NCBI GenBank assembly: GCA_963828395.1
Contig: CAWHED010000006.1
Coordinates: forward strand, 216,275-280,274
Source of the DNA: an uncultured Bacteroidales bacterium
Lineage (GTDB): Bacteria; Bacteroidota; Bacteroidia; Bacteroidales; VadinHA17
Direction of reading: 5' to 3'
Length of the DNA: 64,000 nt
Part shown: one piece after another, positions 50,301 through 59,488 of the stretch
Layout: every line of letters starts with the position of its first letter
Numbering within the stretch: the stretch's first letter is position 1
Notes under the pieces: generated by a model
Database searches by the model: none
What the model was told of the DNA's origin: nothing
The model's input: only the letters and a program-made list of their open reading frames with translations
Program-made: the position numbers and the translations under genes

Positions 50301-51548
50301 ATGAAAAATACTATGTTTAGCCTGACATTAATAATGATTGCAGGCATATTCGGATCAATGACATCATGTGAGAAGACCAAGGACAATACTCCGGGTGACC
50401 CGGTGCCGATAGATCTTTCTCTCAAACAAAAGGAAGTAGTTGCCTCGGCCAACAAATTTGCCTTCGATTTTTTTGTGCCGATACTTTCCGGGGAAGATGG
50501 AGCAGGGAATCTCATGATCTCACCGTTCAGTATTACCAGCGCGCTCTCAATGACTCTCAACGGAGCTGCAGGAGAGACGTTTGACGCTATGAATTCCGGT
50601 CTCCGTTATGAAGGCCAGACCATTGAGGAGATCAATGATACATACCTGAAGCTGATTGAAGAAATGATCCCTGTCGATGAACAGGTCATAATGGAAATAG
50701 CCAACTCGGCATGGGTGGAAGAAAAGTTCACCCCGAAGCAGGCTTTCATGGACGCTCTTGTTAAATGGTACATGGCCGAGGTAGAAAAGATAGATGTTAC
50801 AGACCCGGGAGCAGTCGACCTGATAAACGCCTGGATCGAGGACAAAACACATGACAAGATTCAGGACATGGTTGCATCACTGCCTGATAACCTTGCCATG
50901 CTTCTTGTTAATGCAGTCTATTTCAAAGGCAAATGGAAGCACCAGTTTGACAAGGATGACACTCATGACAGATCATTTTACTTAACTCCGGATGCACCTG
51001 TTGATGTCCCGATGATGTATCAGAAACAGAATTTTGCAATCGCCGGCACTGAAAATGCAACACTCGTTGAGCTGCCTTACGGACAGGGCAACTATTCAAT
51101 GGTGGTCATGCTGCCTGATGAGGGTGTATCGAATGAAGCAGCTGCCCTGACCCTCACACCTGAAAACTGGGCGGAGTGGATGGAGAGTCTCTCAGCTGGC
51201 ACAACAGAGGTGGAGATTTACCTGCCCAGGTTCAAGTATGAATACAAGCGTAATCTGAATGATGATCTTGCCAGTCTCGGTATGGGCATTGCTTTTGATC
51301 CGGATAATGCAGACTTTAGTAACATAAGTGATCTTCAGCTTTATATTACCGATGTTCTGCATCAGACCTTCATTGAGACAAATGAGGAGGGCACTGAAGC
51401 TGCCGCCGCTACTGTGGTAATTATTGGCACCACCTCGATGCCCCCTCAGACACCTGTCATTAATATAGACCGTCCTTTCCTCTATTTCATAAGGGAAACA
51501 ACAACAGGCACAATTGTATTTATGGGGCAGGTGACGGATCCGAGGTAA
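50301..51548 (+). CDS. Serpin-family lipoprotein (probably inhibitory)
   Basis: Lipobox MTSC; ISPFSI, NAVYFKGKW, hinge EEGTEAAAAT, DRPFLYFI. Confidence 0.95.
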   Translation: MKNTMFSLTLIMIAGIFGSMTSCEKTKDNTPGDPVPIDLSLKQKEVVASANKFAFDFFVPILSGEDGAGNLMISPFSITSALSMTLNGAAGETFDAMNSGLRYEGQTIEEINDTYLKLIEEMIPVDEQVIMEIANSAWVEEKFTPKQAFMDALVKWYMAEVEKIDVTDPGAVDLINAWIEDKTHDKIQDMVASLPDNLAMLLVNAVYFKGKWKHQFDKDDTHDRSFYLTPDAPVDVPMMYQKQNFAIAGTENATLVELPYGQGNYSMVVMLPDEGVSNEAAALTLTPENWAEWMESLSAGTTEVEIYLPRFKYEYKRNLNDDLASLGMGIAFDPDNADFSNISDLQLYITDVLHQTFIETNEEGTEAAAATVVIIGTTSMPPQTPVINIDRPFLYFIRETTTGTIVFMGQVTDPR

Positions 51549-51660
51549 TTTGCGATTTGCGAATTCCGAATTGCTGAATGCCCTGTGTGATTGTCGTTCT
51601 GGCCCCCGGCATTAATTTGAAATAAAATTCTTTCCTTTACTGCAGCAGCAGAAAGGAATA

Positions 51661-52608
51661 ATGTCAGGGATGTCCCTCACCTATATGGATTTTCTTGTCA
51701 GCGGTGTTTTGGCTACCATCATGTTCGGTGTCGGGCTGTCAATCAACATCAATGATCTTAAGAAGATACTTCATTCACCTAAACCTTTCTACCTGGGCCT
51801 CTTCGCACAGATGATCATTCTGCCGGTCATTGCATTACTGGCAGTATATTTTACTGATCTGCCGCCTGCCATCAAAGTGGGTTTTATTATTCTTTCTGCA
51901 TGTCCAGGCGGCACAACTTCAGGTTTTGTCACCGTTCTTTACCGCGGTAATGTGGCATTATCAGTGACTCTGACCACTATAAACAGCATTCTAACCCTCT
52001 TTACCATACCGCTGCTGACAAACATTGCCCTGACGTTTTTCATGGGCAGTCATTCTCCCTTTGAACTGCCTTTCATCAAATCATCCCTTGAGATATTCTT
52101 TGTGACACTTCTGCCTGCCGCGATCGGGGTTTTTGTCAGGTATAAGTTTCACAGTCTTGCTGAAAAGATCCAGAAGCCCGTCAGAACGGCAATGATCATT
52201 CTGTTTGCGGGGGTATATGCCATCATTGCCTTTGCTGACGAATCAAAAGGAGGGTCAGGCATCAGGCTCGACGAAGCTGTAAAAATATTTCCCTATGCTC
52301 TGGCTATCAATCTGTTGGGATTCGTGGCAGGACTGGCAATGGGAATGGTGGGGAAGACAGGTTTGCGGTCGTCATTCACCATGGGCATTGAGGTGGCATT
52401 GCAGAACACCACCCTGGCGCTGCTTGTTGCAGGGACGCTGATCCATAGCGACGAGATGGTCAAGCCCGCATTGGTCTATGCCTTGTTTTCATTCTGGACC
52501 GCGCTGTTGTATGGAGTTGTAGTCAAGAAGTACAATAAAGCGAAGTTGTTTGGGGAATTCAATGTCGAGAGGGAGCAAGGGAGCGAAAGGACGAGTGAGC
52601 GTCTCTGA
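51661..52608 (+). CDS. Bile acid:sodium symporter (BASS) family transporter
   Basis: MFGVGL, CPGGTTS, GNVALSV, EVALQN. Confidence 0.9.
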   Translation: MSGMSLTYMDFLVSGVLATIMFGVGLSININDLKKILHSPKPFYLGLFAQMIILPVIALLAVYFTDLPPAIKVGFIILSACPGGTTSGFVTVLYRGNVALSVTLTTINSILTLFTIPLLTNIALTFFMGSHSPFELPFIKSSLEIFFVTLLPAAIGVFVRYKFHSLAEKIQKPVRTAMIILFAGVYAIIAFADESKGGSGIRLDEAVKIFPYALAINLLGFVAGLAMGMVGKTGLRSSFTMGIEVALQNTTLALLVAGTLIHSDEMVKPALVYALFSFWTALLYGVVVKKYNKAKLFGEFNVEREQGSERTSERL

Positions 52609-52612
52609 GAAC

Positions 52613-54277
52613 TCAGTCCTGAGCCCCGCGTTCTGAGTCCTGCACCTTGAGCTCTGCACTTTTTGAGTAGTTCAATCCCATAACATCAAACCGCTCCATC
52701 ATCACTGGCAGCCTGACGGTGAATTCCTTCCAGTCTCTGCTCTCCGGTGCTGACCACAATACTTCCGAGAGAGCGGTCAGACGAGGCAGTAACATATACT
52801 CAGCCGTTTTGTCGTCTGTCACCATCTCGGTCCACAGGCAGGCCTGTGCGCCAATGATATGTTTTGCCTCATCCTCAGTCAATCTGTCAGGTACGGGCTC
52901 AAATAGGTAGACCTTTTCCAGGGTTATTATGCCGCTATAGGCGAGAGGCTCAGTCGCAGGGTCAGCCTGGTAAAGGTTGAAGTATGTATGTGAGATAGGT
53001 GTCATCACAACATCATGTCCGGCTTTTGCTGCTTCAATGCCTCCATCGAATCCGCGCCATGACATCACTGCAGCATCCGGGGCGAGTCCGCCTTCAAGTA
53101 TCTCATCCCAGCCGATCAGGTGCCTGCCTTTTGAGCTTAAAAACTTTTCCATGCGTTTAATGAAGTAACTTTGAAGCTCAGCCTCGTCTTTCAGTCCTTC
53201 TTTCCGTATCCGCGCCTGGCAATCCGGACACCTCCGCCATTCTTTCTTGTCAGCCTCATCGCCTCCGATATGAATGTACGGTGACGGGAAGAGGTCCATC
53301 ACTTCGGTCAGAATATCTTCCAGAAAAGCAAATGTTTCATCTTTTCCGGCGCAGTAAATATCAGTGATAGGCCATACCGATCCGGGGGGCACGGTGAAGG
53401 GTCCGCCTGTGCAGGAGTACTCGGGATAGGCAGCCAGTGCCGAGCTCACATGTGCAGGCATCTCTATCTCAGGCACAACGTTTATGTGACGTTCGGCGGC
53501 ATAGGCAACGACTTCCCTTATCTCCTCCTGAGTATAAAAGCCCCCGTAAGTTGCTTTCTCTCCGGGTTGCTGTGGCGGACGTGAGTTCCATGGTTTATCT
53601 TCCCGGTCAATACGCCATGCACCCACTTCTGTCAGACGCGGATATTTCTTTATCTCTATGCGCCATCCCTGGTCGTCAACAAGATGCCAGTGAAAGACAT
53701 TCATCTTGTGCATCGCGAGGATATCGATATATCTCTTAATGAAGCTGACATCAAAAAAATGCCGGCTGACATCGAGATGCATTCCTCTCCAGGCAAACCT
53801 GGGATAGTCAGTTATCGAAATGCAGGGCATTGTCCATTTAATGCCTCGGATTAAGGTGTCACTTTCTATCAGTACAGGAAGCAACTGCCTGATTGTCTGC
53901 AGCCCCCGCGAGAGGCCTGCAGGAGTACATCCGGTAAGAGTGACCTGCTTTTTCTCCACTGTCAGAAGATATCCCTCCGGGTTCATTTTAAGCGCGGTAT
54001 CGACGACAAGATTGATAGCGCCGTCAGTGCCTTCCTCCGTTTCAAGCGCAAAGCCGGTTGCCGGACGTAACATTTCAGCAAGAAAACCGGCCACATTTTC
54101 GGCCAATTCGCCACCGGTGTAATTTATTTCAGCCGACGGGCGCAGGGTGAAGCTTCCCTTTTCCTGTTCCATATGCACAGGTTGCGGAATTATCACGGGC
54201 ATTGATACCGGTTTTGTGGTGCATGAGACAATGGAAGCACTCACAGCCATAACAGATAAAAATTGACAAGTCTTCAT
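52613..54277 (-). CDS. GH20 beta-N-acetylhexosaminidase lipoprotein
   Basis: Lipobox IVSC; RGMHLDVSRHF, HWHLVDDQGWR, HIGGDE. Confidence 0.95.
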   Translation of the reverse strand: MKTCQFLSVMAVSASIVSCTTKPVSMPVIIPQPVHMEQEKGSFTLRPSAEINYTGGELAENVAGFLAEMLRPATGFALETEEGTDGAINLVVDTALKMNPEGYLLTVEKKQVTLTGCTPAGLSRGLQTIRQLLPVLIESDTLIRGIKWTMPCISITDYPRFAWRGMHLDVSRHFFDVSFIKRYIDILAMHKMNVFHWHLVDDQGWRIEIKKYPRLTEVGAWRIDREDKPWNSRPPQQPGEKATYGGFYTQEEIREVVAYAAERHINVVPEIEMPAHVSSALAAYPEYSCTGGPFTVPPGSVWPITDIYCAGKDETFAFLEDILTEVMDLFPSPYIHIGGDEADKKEWRRCPDCQARIRKEGLKDEAELQSYFIKRMEKFLSSKGRHLIGWDEILEGGLAPDAAVMSWRGFDGGIEAAKAGHDVVMTPISHTYFNLYQADPATEPLAYSGIITLEKVYLFEPVPDRLTEDEAKHIIGAQACLWTEMVTDDKTAEYMLLPRLTALSEVLWSAPESRDWKEFTVRLPVMMERFDVMGLNYSKSAELKVQDSERGAQD

Positions 54278-54359
54278 AAATCAAAAATTGTTAATCCTTT
54301 GGTCACGATAGCTTTAGCGAAGGTGACCTTGTTCGTAAATCAAAAATATCAGTTCCAAT

Positions 54360-55484
54360 TCAGTTAATAACCTGAATATCAAATATTTTATGCCTGTCGA
54401 ACTGAAGCCAGTATTTTATTGAATTCTGCCTGACCAGCTCCCAGTATATGTCAGAGTCAAGTCCGTTGACGAAGTTAATCTCTTTCAGTTCGGAAGAGAC
54501 TTTCTCTGCCAGTTCTTTTTTCAGGGTGATACGGATTGTTTTGCCTTTGTGGGTAAAATCAGCAGCCGGGAAGGAAAGCGTTCCGGTACTGACAGTAAGA
54601 AGTCCGTGGCCGGGTGTGGCTCCTGTACTTACCTGTATGCCATCGTTCATACAACTGAGGGGCGGTGTACTGCCGGCATGTGAGGTCACGCTCAACTCGT
54701 CAACTCCGGTGCAGAAATATTCGCGTGCACGGATACCCATCTTGACACCTATGATAGCAAAGACACCAAGATGTCTGTGCAGCTCGTTGGCAATGACTCC
54801 CGAAAACCACTCATCTTCACCGTACCTGTTACGTATCTCTGTAACGTAAGGCTGTAGATCAGACATATAGAATGAGGTGTCTGTCGGGATGGCTTGTATT
54901 ACCTGCATCTTCTGCACGGGCTTACGGATTTCAATAAAAAAAGCATCATTATTGAATGCTTCACCACCCTTGCCGTTACCGCTCACGGGCAGGAGCCCCT
55001 TAAGTACTTCATCAGCAGCTTCAGGAGCTGTCTTATAGTTAAACCCATCTTCACCGGGGAGGCCCTCATTGCTCCAGATTATCCGTTTCACTTTTTTTGT
55101 GAATGACGGAGCTCCCTTCATTGCTTCTGCTGCCGTTTTCAGCGACCCAAGGGCGATGAACGTAACTGGTGAAGTCTCTCCGTATAGGCACTCTTCAATG
55201 AGACTTATGGCCTCCCGGCCGGATGCCATGGGTAGTCCCTCATGCCAGAGGCTGTCAAGCATACTTCTGACAATATTGAATGCCTCGGGTGATTTATGAA
55301 ATCCGTCTGACACTGTGACTGCGAGTATCCTTACATCAGGCGAGGCCAGCAGCAAACAGATGGTTTTCTGGTCATCAATCCCACCGTCGGTATCAATAAT
55401 GACATAAAGCCCGGGTTTCCACGGATGGGCAGACAGCGAAATAAGCGCAATTAACAGTAATGAAGCAATTATGACTCTTTTCAT
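54360..55484 (-). CDS. Secreted nucleoside-hydrolase-like / FmdE fusion protein
   Basis: Signal peptide; IIDTDGGIDD nucleoside hydrolase motif; C-terminal ELHRHLG...SCMNDGIQVSTGAT FmdE motif. Confidence 0.75.
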   Translation of the reverse strand: MKRVIIASLLLIALISLSAHPWKPGLYVIIDTDGGIDDQKTICLLLASPDVRILAVTVSDGFHKSPEAFNIVRSMLDSLWHEGLPMASGREAISLIEECLYGETSPVTFIALGSLKTAAEAMKGAPSFTKKVKRIIWSNEGLPGEDGFNYKTAPEAADEVLKGLLPVSGNGKGGEAFNNDAFFIEIRKPVQKMQVIQAIPTDTSFYMSDLQPYVTEIRNRYGEDEWFSGVIANELHRHLGVFAIIGVKMGIRAREYFCTGVDELSVTSHAGSTPPLSCMNDGIQVSTGATPGHGLLTVSTGTLSFPAADFTHKGKTIRITLKKELAEKVSSELKEINFVNGLDSDIYWELVRQNSIKYWLQFDRHKIFDIQVIN

Positions 55485-55616
55485 CCAACCCGTTTCCCAA
55501 ATGTAATAATTAAACTGTTTCCGAAAACTGAAAGGCATATTGTATTCCGCAATCCGGCTTCAGGAAAGTTTTCATCAATCTTTTTTTATTATCTTGCCCA
55601 CCCTAATCTTTGGCGT

Positions 55617-57071
55617 GTGAAGAATAGGATATGGTTGTGGTTCCTGATCGGCCTGGTGGCCGGAGCGATTGTTTTTTTCGGGCTGGGGAAGGCAGTTGAA
55701 GCCACGTCAACTAATGATTTCTGCGCCTCGTGCCACGTTCATCCTCAAGCCACAGCAAGCTGGAAGCAGGGGGTTCATTATGCAACAGAGTCTGGTTACC
55801 GGGTCGCGTGTGCCGGGTGCCACCTGCCGCCCAATGGCCAGGGTTACCTGATTGAGAAAGTAAAGACCGGTTCACGTGATTTATGGAGTTACTGGACAAA
55901 GGATTCAACTGAATTCGACTGGGAAGCAGCCTCTTCTCTTGAGAGAGCTTCAAAACACGTTTATAATTCAACCTGCATAAAATGCCATGAGAATCTCTTC
56001 CCGGCAAAACTTACCCGTGAAGGATCTGATGCGCACCTCTATTACAAGCAGATGACAGAAAAGGGAGAGGAGCTGCAGTGCATCAGCTGTCACATGAATG
56101 CGGGTCACTACATAAAGGATTATGTGCACGGCAGCAATAAGGGTTTCGGTCTGGCAGAAAAGCAGGCAGATACAATTTATACATCCCCCGCCGCTGTCGC
56201 CTCTTTTACTGATTTTACAGAGCAGATACCCGGATCCGGGATCTCATTCAGGATGATTGCCCTGCCCGGCACTAATTTTACAATGGGAAGCCCCGACGGT
56301 GAACCGCTGCGTAACCCTGATGAGGCACAGCGAAAGGTCAGCATAGACTCATTCTTCATCGCTGAGGTGGAGGTTACATGGGATGAGTACATGGAATTTT
56401 ACAGACAGACAGCATCCGAAGGGAGGTCGACAGATACCGAGGGGTCGCGTCTTAAGAAGGAGAACCTTGATGCAGTCACAGGTGCTACACCACCTTACGG
56501 CAAGCCCGACCAGAACTGGGGCATGGGACAGAGACCGGCTATATCAATGAGCTATCATGCAGCTGAAACATATTGCCGGTGGCTCAGTCAGGTGACGGGC
56601 AGACATTATCGGCTGCCGACAGAAGCCGAGTGGGAGTATGCATGCAGGGCAGGAACAGAGACACCCTATTTCTTTGAAGGTGACCCCGCCAGGTTTGAGA
56701 AAAAAGGGCTTTTCGGAAGCAGGATCGATACTGCAATCATTGGCACTTATGTCATCTACCGGGGTAATAGTCAGTCAAAGACACAAGAGCCGGAGGCTGT
56801 TAAAGCCAATCCGTGGGGACTGAAGAATATGAGTGGCAACGTGGCCGAGTTCTGTTCTGACATATACGAAGGAACAACGGAACATGTCATCAGGGGAGGG
56901 TCATACCGTGACGGCGCTGCGGGTGTCAGGAGCGCAGCACGTGACCATACGCGCACTGATGCCTGGCTGAAGACTGACCCCCAGATGCCGAAGAGCATAT
57001 GGTGGTACTCTGATTGTTTTTATGTGGGGTTCAGGGTAGTATTGGATAAGGAATTAAAAGTTAAGATTTAA
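55617..57071 (+). CDS. NapC/NirT-type tetraheme cytochrome c fused to an FGE-sulfatase (SUMF1-like) domain
   Basis: N-terminal TM helix; CASCH, CAGCH, CIKCH, CISCH; FTMGS, EVTW, RLPTEAEWEYACRAG, NPWGL..MSGNVAE, RGGS, GFRVV. Confidence 0.88.
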   Translation: MKNRIWLWFLIGLVAGAIVFFGLGKAVEATSTNDFCASCHVHPQATASWKQGVHYATESGYRVACAGCHLPPNGQGYLIEKVKTGSRDLWSYWTKDSTEFDWEAASSLERASKHVYNSTCIKCHENLFPAKLTREGSDAHLYYKQMTEKGEELQCISCHMNAGHYIKDYVHGSNKGFGLAEKQADTIYTSPAAVASFTDFTEQIPGSGISFRMIALPGTNFTMGSPDGEPLRNPDEAQRKVSIDSFFIAEVEVTWDEYMEFYRQTASEGRSTDTEGSRLKKENLDAVTGATPPYGKPDQNWGMGQRPAISMSYHAAETYCRWLSQVTGRHYRLPTEAEWEYACRAGTETPYFFEGDPARFEKKGLFGSRIDTAIIGTYVIYRGNSQSKTQEPEAVKANPWGLKNMSGNVAEFCSDIYEGTTEHVIRGGSYRDGAAGVRSAARDHTRTDAWLKTDPQMPKSIWWYSDCFYVGFRVVLDKELKVKI

Positions 57072-57150
57072 GAATTAAAATTTGACCCATAAATAATAAC
57101 TGTTAACTGACAATACCCTCAGACCTCAGACCTTCAGACCTCAGACCTCA
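57048..57150. repeat. Two heptamer arrays: (AAGAATT)-like and (CCTCAGA)n
   Basis: 57048-57082 and 57117-57150, directly visible. Confidence 0.75.
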
Positions 57151-57205
57151 ATAACCGACAACAGATAACATAAAATAATAACTTTACTTCACACAAATAA
57201 CCATT

Positions 57206-58531
57206 ATGAAAAAATCACCAATTTCAAGAAGAAGTTTTCTGGGCACAGCTGCTGCTGCAGGTGCAGCAGGCATTGTTGTTCCGGCACTGATCACATCATG
57301 TGCACCTAAAAGTAAAAATGTTGTACTCCCCGTGATGCTCGACAAGGCACCTGACGGGCCGCTGCTTAAGGCAGGATTAATTGGCTGCGGCGGCCGGGGC
57401 ACTGGCGCTGCAATTAACTTCATCCATTCAGGTCCCAACCTTACAATTTCGGCACTTGGAGATGTATTCACTGACAGGATTGCCTCATGTCGTGAGCGTC
57501 TGGCAGAGGACGGCGTGCAAATAGCCGATGAGAATTGCTTCACGGGGTTCGATGCATATCAGAAGGTCATTGAATCGGGTGTTGATATTATACTTCTCGC
57601 AACTCCACCGGTGTTCCGCCCTGAACATCTCGAGGCTGCCGTGTCTGCCGGAAAACACGTCTTCATGGAAAAACCTGTCGCCGTTGATCCTGTAGGTGCG
57701 AGACAGATCCTGGCTTCGGGCGAGAAGGCCAAAGGAATGGAGCTTTCAATTGTTACAGGCACCCAGAGGCATCACCAGCATGATTACGTGGCTACCTGGG
57801 GCAAGGTGCAGGAAGGTATGATAGGCGATATTGTATCCGCCAACTGCTACTGGAACCAGGGGCAGCTCTGGTACCGTGAGCCCAATCCGTCATGGACAGA
57901 GATGGAATATATGATCCGCGACTGGGTCAACTGGAGCTGGCTGTCAGGCGATCATATCATTGAGCAGCATGTTCATAATATTGACATCATAAACTGGTTC
58001 ACAGGCAAGAGACCGGTCTCGGCAGTGTCATTCGGCTCGCGCCAGCGCAGACCCACCGGTGATCAATACGATTTCTTCAGTACAGACTTTATCTATGAGG
58101 GAGGAATACATGTTCACAGTATGTGCCGCCAGATAAACGGTTGCGAAAGCAACGTATCGGAATGGATACAAGGTACCAAGGGCACCAGCAACTGCCAAAA
58201 CACCGTATGGGATAAAGCGGGAACACAGCTGTGGAAGTATGACGGTTACAAGCTTGACGAGGCTGGTAAGATGACAGAAGATCTGGCCATCAGTCCTTAT
58301 GACCAGGAGCATATAGATTTTGTCACTTCGATACGCACCGGCAAACCGCTCAACGAGGCAGAATTTGTGGCTCACTCGACGATGGCTGGCATAATGGGAC
58401 GCGTCTCAGCATATACCGGCAAGCTAGTCACGTGGGATGAGATGATGAATTCCGAAATGAAGCTTGGCCCGAAGGTTTATGTTATGGGCCCGGTAGATGT
58501 ATCAAAAACGGTACCTGTCCCCGGTGAATAA
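57206..58531 (+). CDS. Tat-exported Gfo/Idh/MocA oxidoreductase (probable lipoprotein)
   Basis: SRRSFL Tat motif plus ITSC lipobox; GLIGCGGRG, EKP, EQHVHNID. Confidence 0.92.
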   Translation: MKKSPISRRSFLGTAAAAGAAGIVVPALITSCAPKSKNVVLPVMLDKAPDGPLLKAGLIGCGGRGTGAAINFIHSGPNLTISALGDVFTDRIASCRERLAEDGVQIADENCFTGFDAYQKVIESGVDIILLATPPVFRPEHLEAAVSAGKHVFMEKPVAVDPVGARQILASGEKAKGMELSIVTGTQRHHQHDYVATWGKVQEGMIGDIVSANCYWNQGQLWYREPNPSWTEMEYMIRDWVNWSWLSGDHIIEQHVHNIDIINWFTGKRPVSAVSFGSRQRRPTGDQYDFFSTDFIYEGGIHVHSMCRQINGCESNVSEWIQGTKGTSNCQNTVWDKAGTQLWKYDGYKLDEAGKMTEDLAISPYDQEHIDFVTSIRTGKPLNEAEFVAHSTMAGIMGRVSAYTGKLVTWDEMMNSEMKLGPKVYVMGPVDVSKTVPVPGE

Positions 58532-58546
58532 GTAAACACAACTTTT

Positions 58547-59488
58547 ATGAATTATAAACGATCACGTCGCAGCTTCCTGACAGGCGCTGCTGCTACCGGA
58601 GCGGCACTGTTTGCGGCTCCGGCGCTGCTCAGGGGAAGCAGTATTGCATCAACGCTGCCGGCTCCGGATAAACCATTCACCCTCGGATACGCTCCGTCAA
58701 TTGGCATGTTCCGCGAGCTGTGCGGCAGCGATGATGCAGTCGACAATATTAAATTCATACACGACAGGGGATTCCGGGCCGTCTTTGACAACGGTCTGCC
58801 AGGCCGCCCTCCGGCTGAGCAGGAACGAATCGCCGCTGAAGTGCAGCGACTTGGAATGATGATGGGACCATGGGTCCTCTATGCTGATTTCTCAACGACC
58901 TCCTTCGTTCTTAATCCACAGAAAGTACGGGATTTTTTGAAGGCAAAGGTGCAGGAGGGTGTTGATATAGTAGGGCGCACGGGCTTTAAAATGGCCCTCG
59001 TGGTCCCAGGACGGTACGATGAGAGACTGCATCATGATTACCAGCTTACGAATATGATTGACAACCTTAAGTTCTGCGCAGAGCTGGCCGAGCCCGGGGG
59101 TATGACCATTGTTATTGAACCGTTGAACACCCTGGCTGATCACCCCGGTCTATATCTTACACAGATGCCACAGGCTTACCAGATATGTGATGCCGTTAAC
59201 AGCCCTTCGGTGAAGATCGTGGAGGATCTGTACCACCAGCAGATCACCGAGGGCAACCTGATCCCAAACATCGAAGCTTGTTGGGACCAGATAGCGGCTT
59301 TTCATGTTGGAGATAATCCTGGCCGCCTGGAACCTGGCACGGGAGAGATAAATTTTAAAAATATCTTTAAATATCTCCGTTCACGCGATTACTCAGGTGT
59401 TATATGTATGGAACACGGCCAGAGCATCAAGGGTCCGGAAGGCATTAAGAGAGTTATTGAAGCATACAGGGAATGCGACCCGTTCTGA
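58547..59488 (+). CDS. Tat-exported TIM-barrel sugar isomerase/epimerase (Hyi/AP-endonuclease-2 fold)
   Basis: SRRSFL Tat motif; IEPLN, DLYHQQ, GDNPGR.EPGTGEIN, MEH. Confidence 0.9.
   Translation: MNYKRSRRSFLTGAAATGAALFAAPALLRGSSIASTLPAPDKPFTLGYAPSIGMFRELCGSDDAVDNIKFIHDRGFRAVFDNGLPGRPPAEQERIAAEVQRLGMMMGPWVLYADFSTTSFVLNPQKVRDFLKAKVQEGVDIVGRTGFKMALVVPGRYDERLHHDYQLTNMIDNLKFCAELAEPGGMTIVIEPLNTLADHPGLYLTQMPQAYQICDAVNSPSVKIVEDLYHQQITEGNLIPNIEACWDQIAAFHVGDNPGRLEPGTGEINFKNIFKYLRSRDYSGVICMEHGQSIKGPEGIKRVIEAYRECDPF

Noticed and set aside
55617-57071. Active formylglycine-generating enzyme for sulfatase maturation
   Set aside because: The catalytic Cys pair is absent and there is no sulfatase in the window
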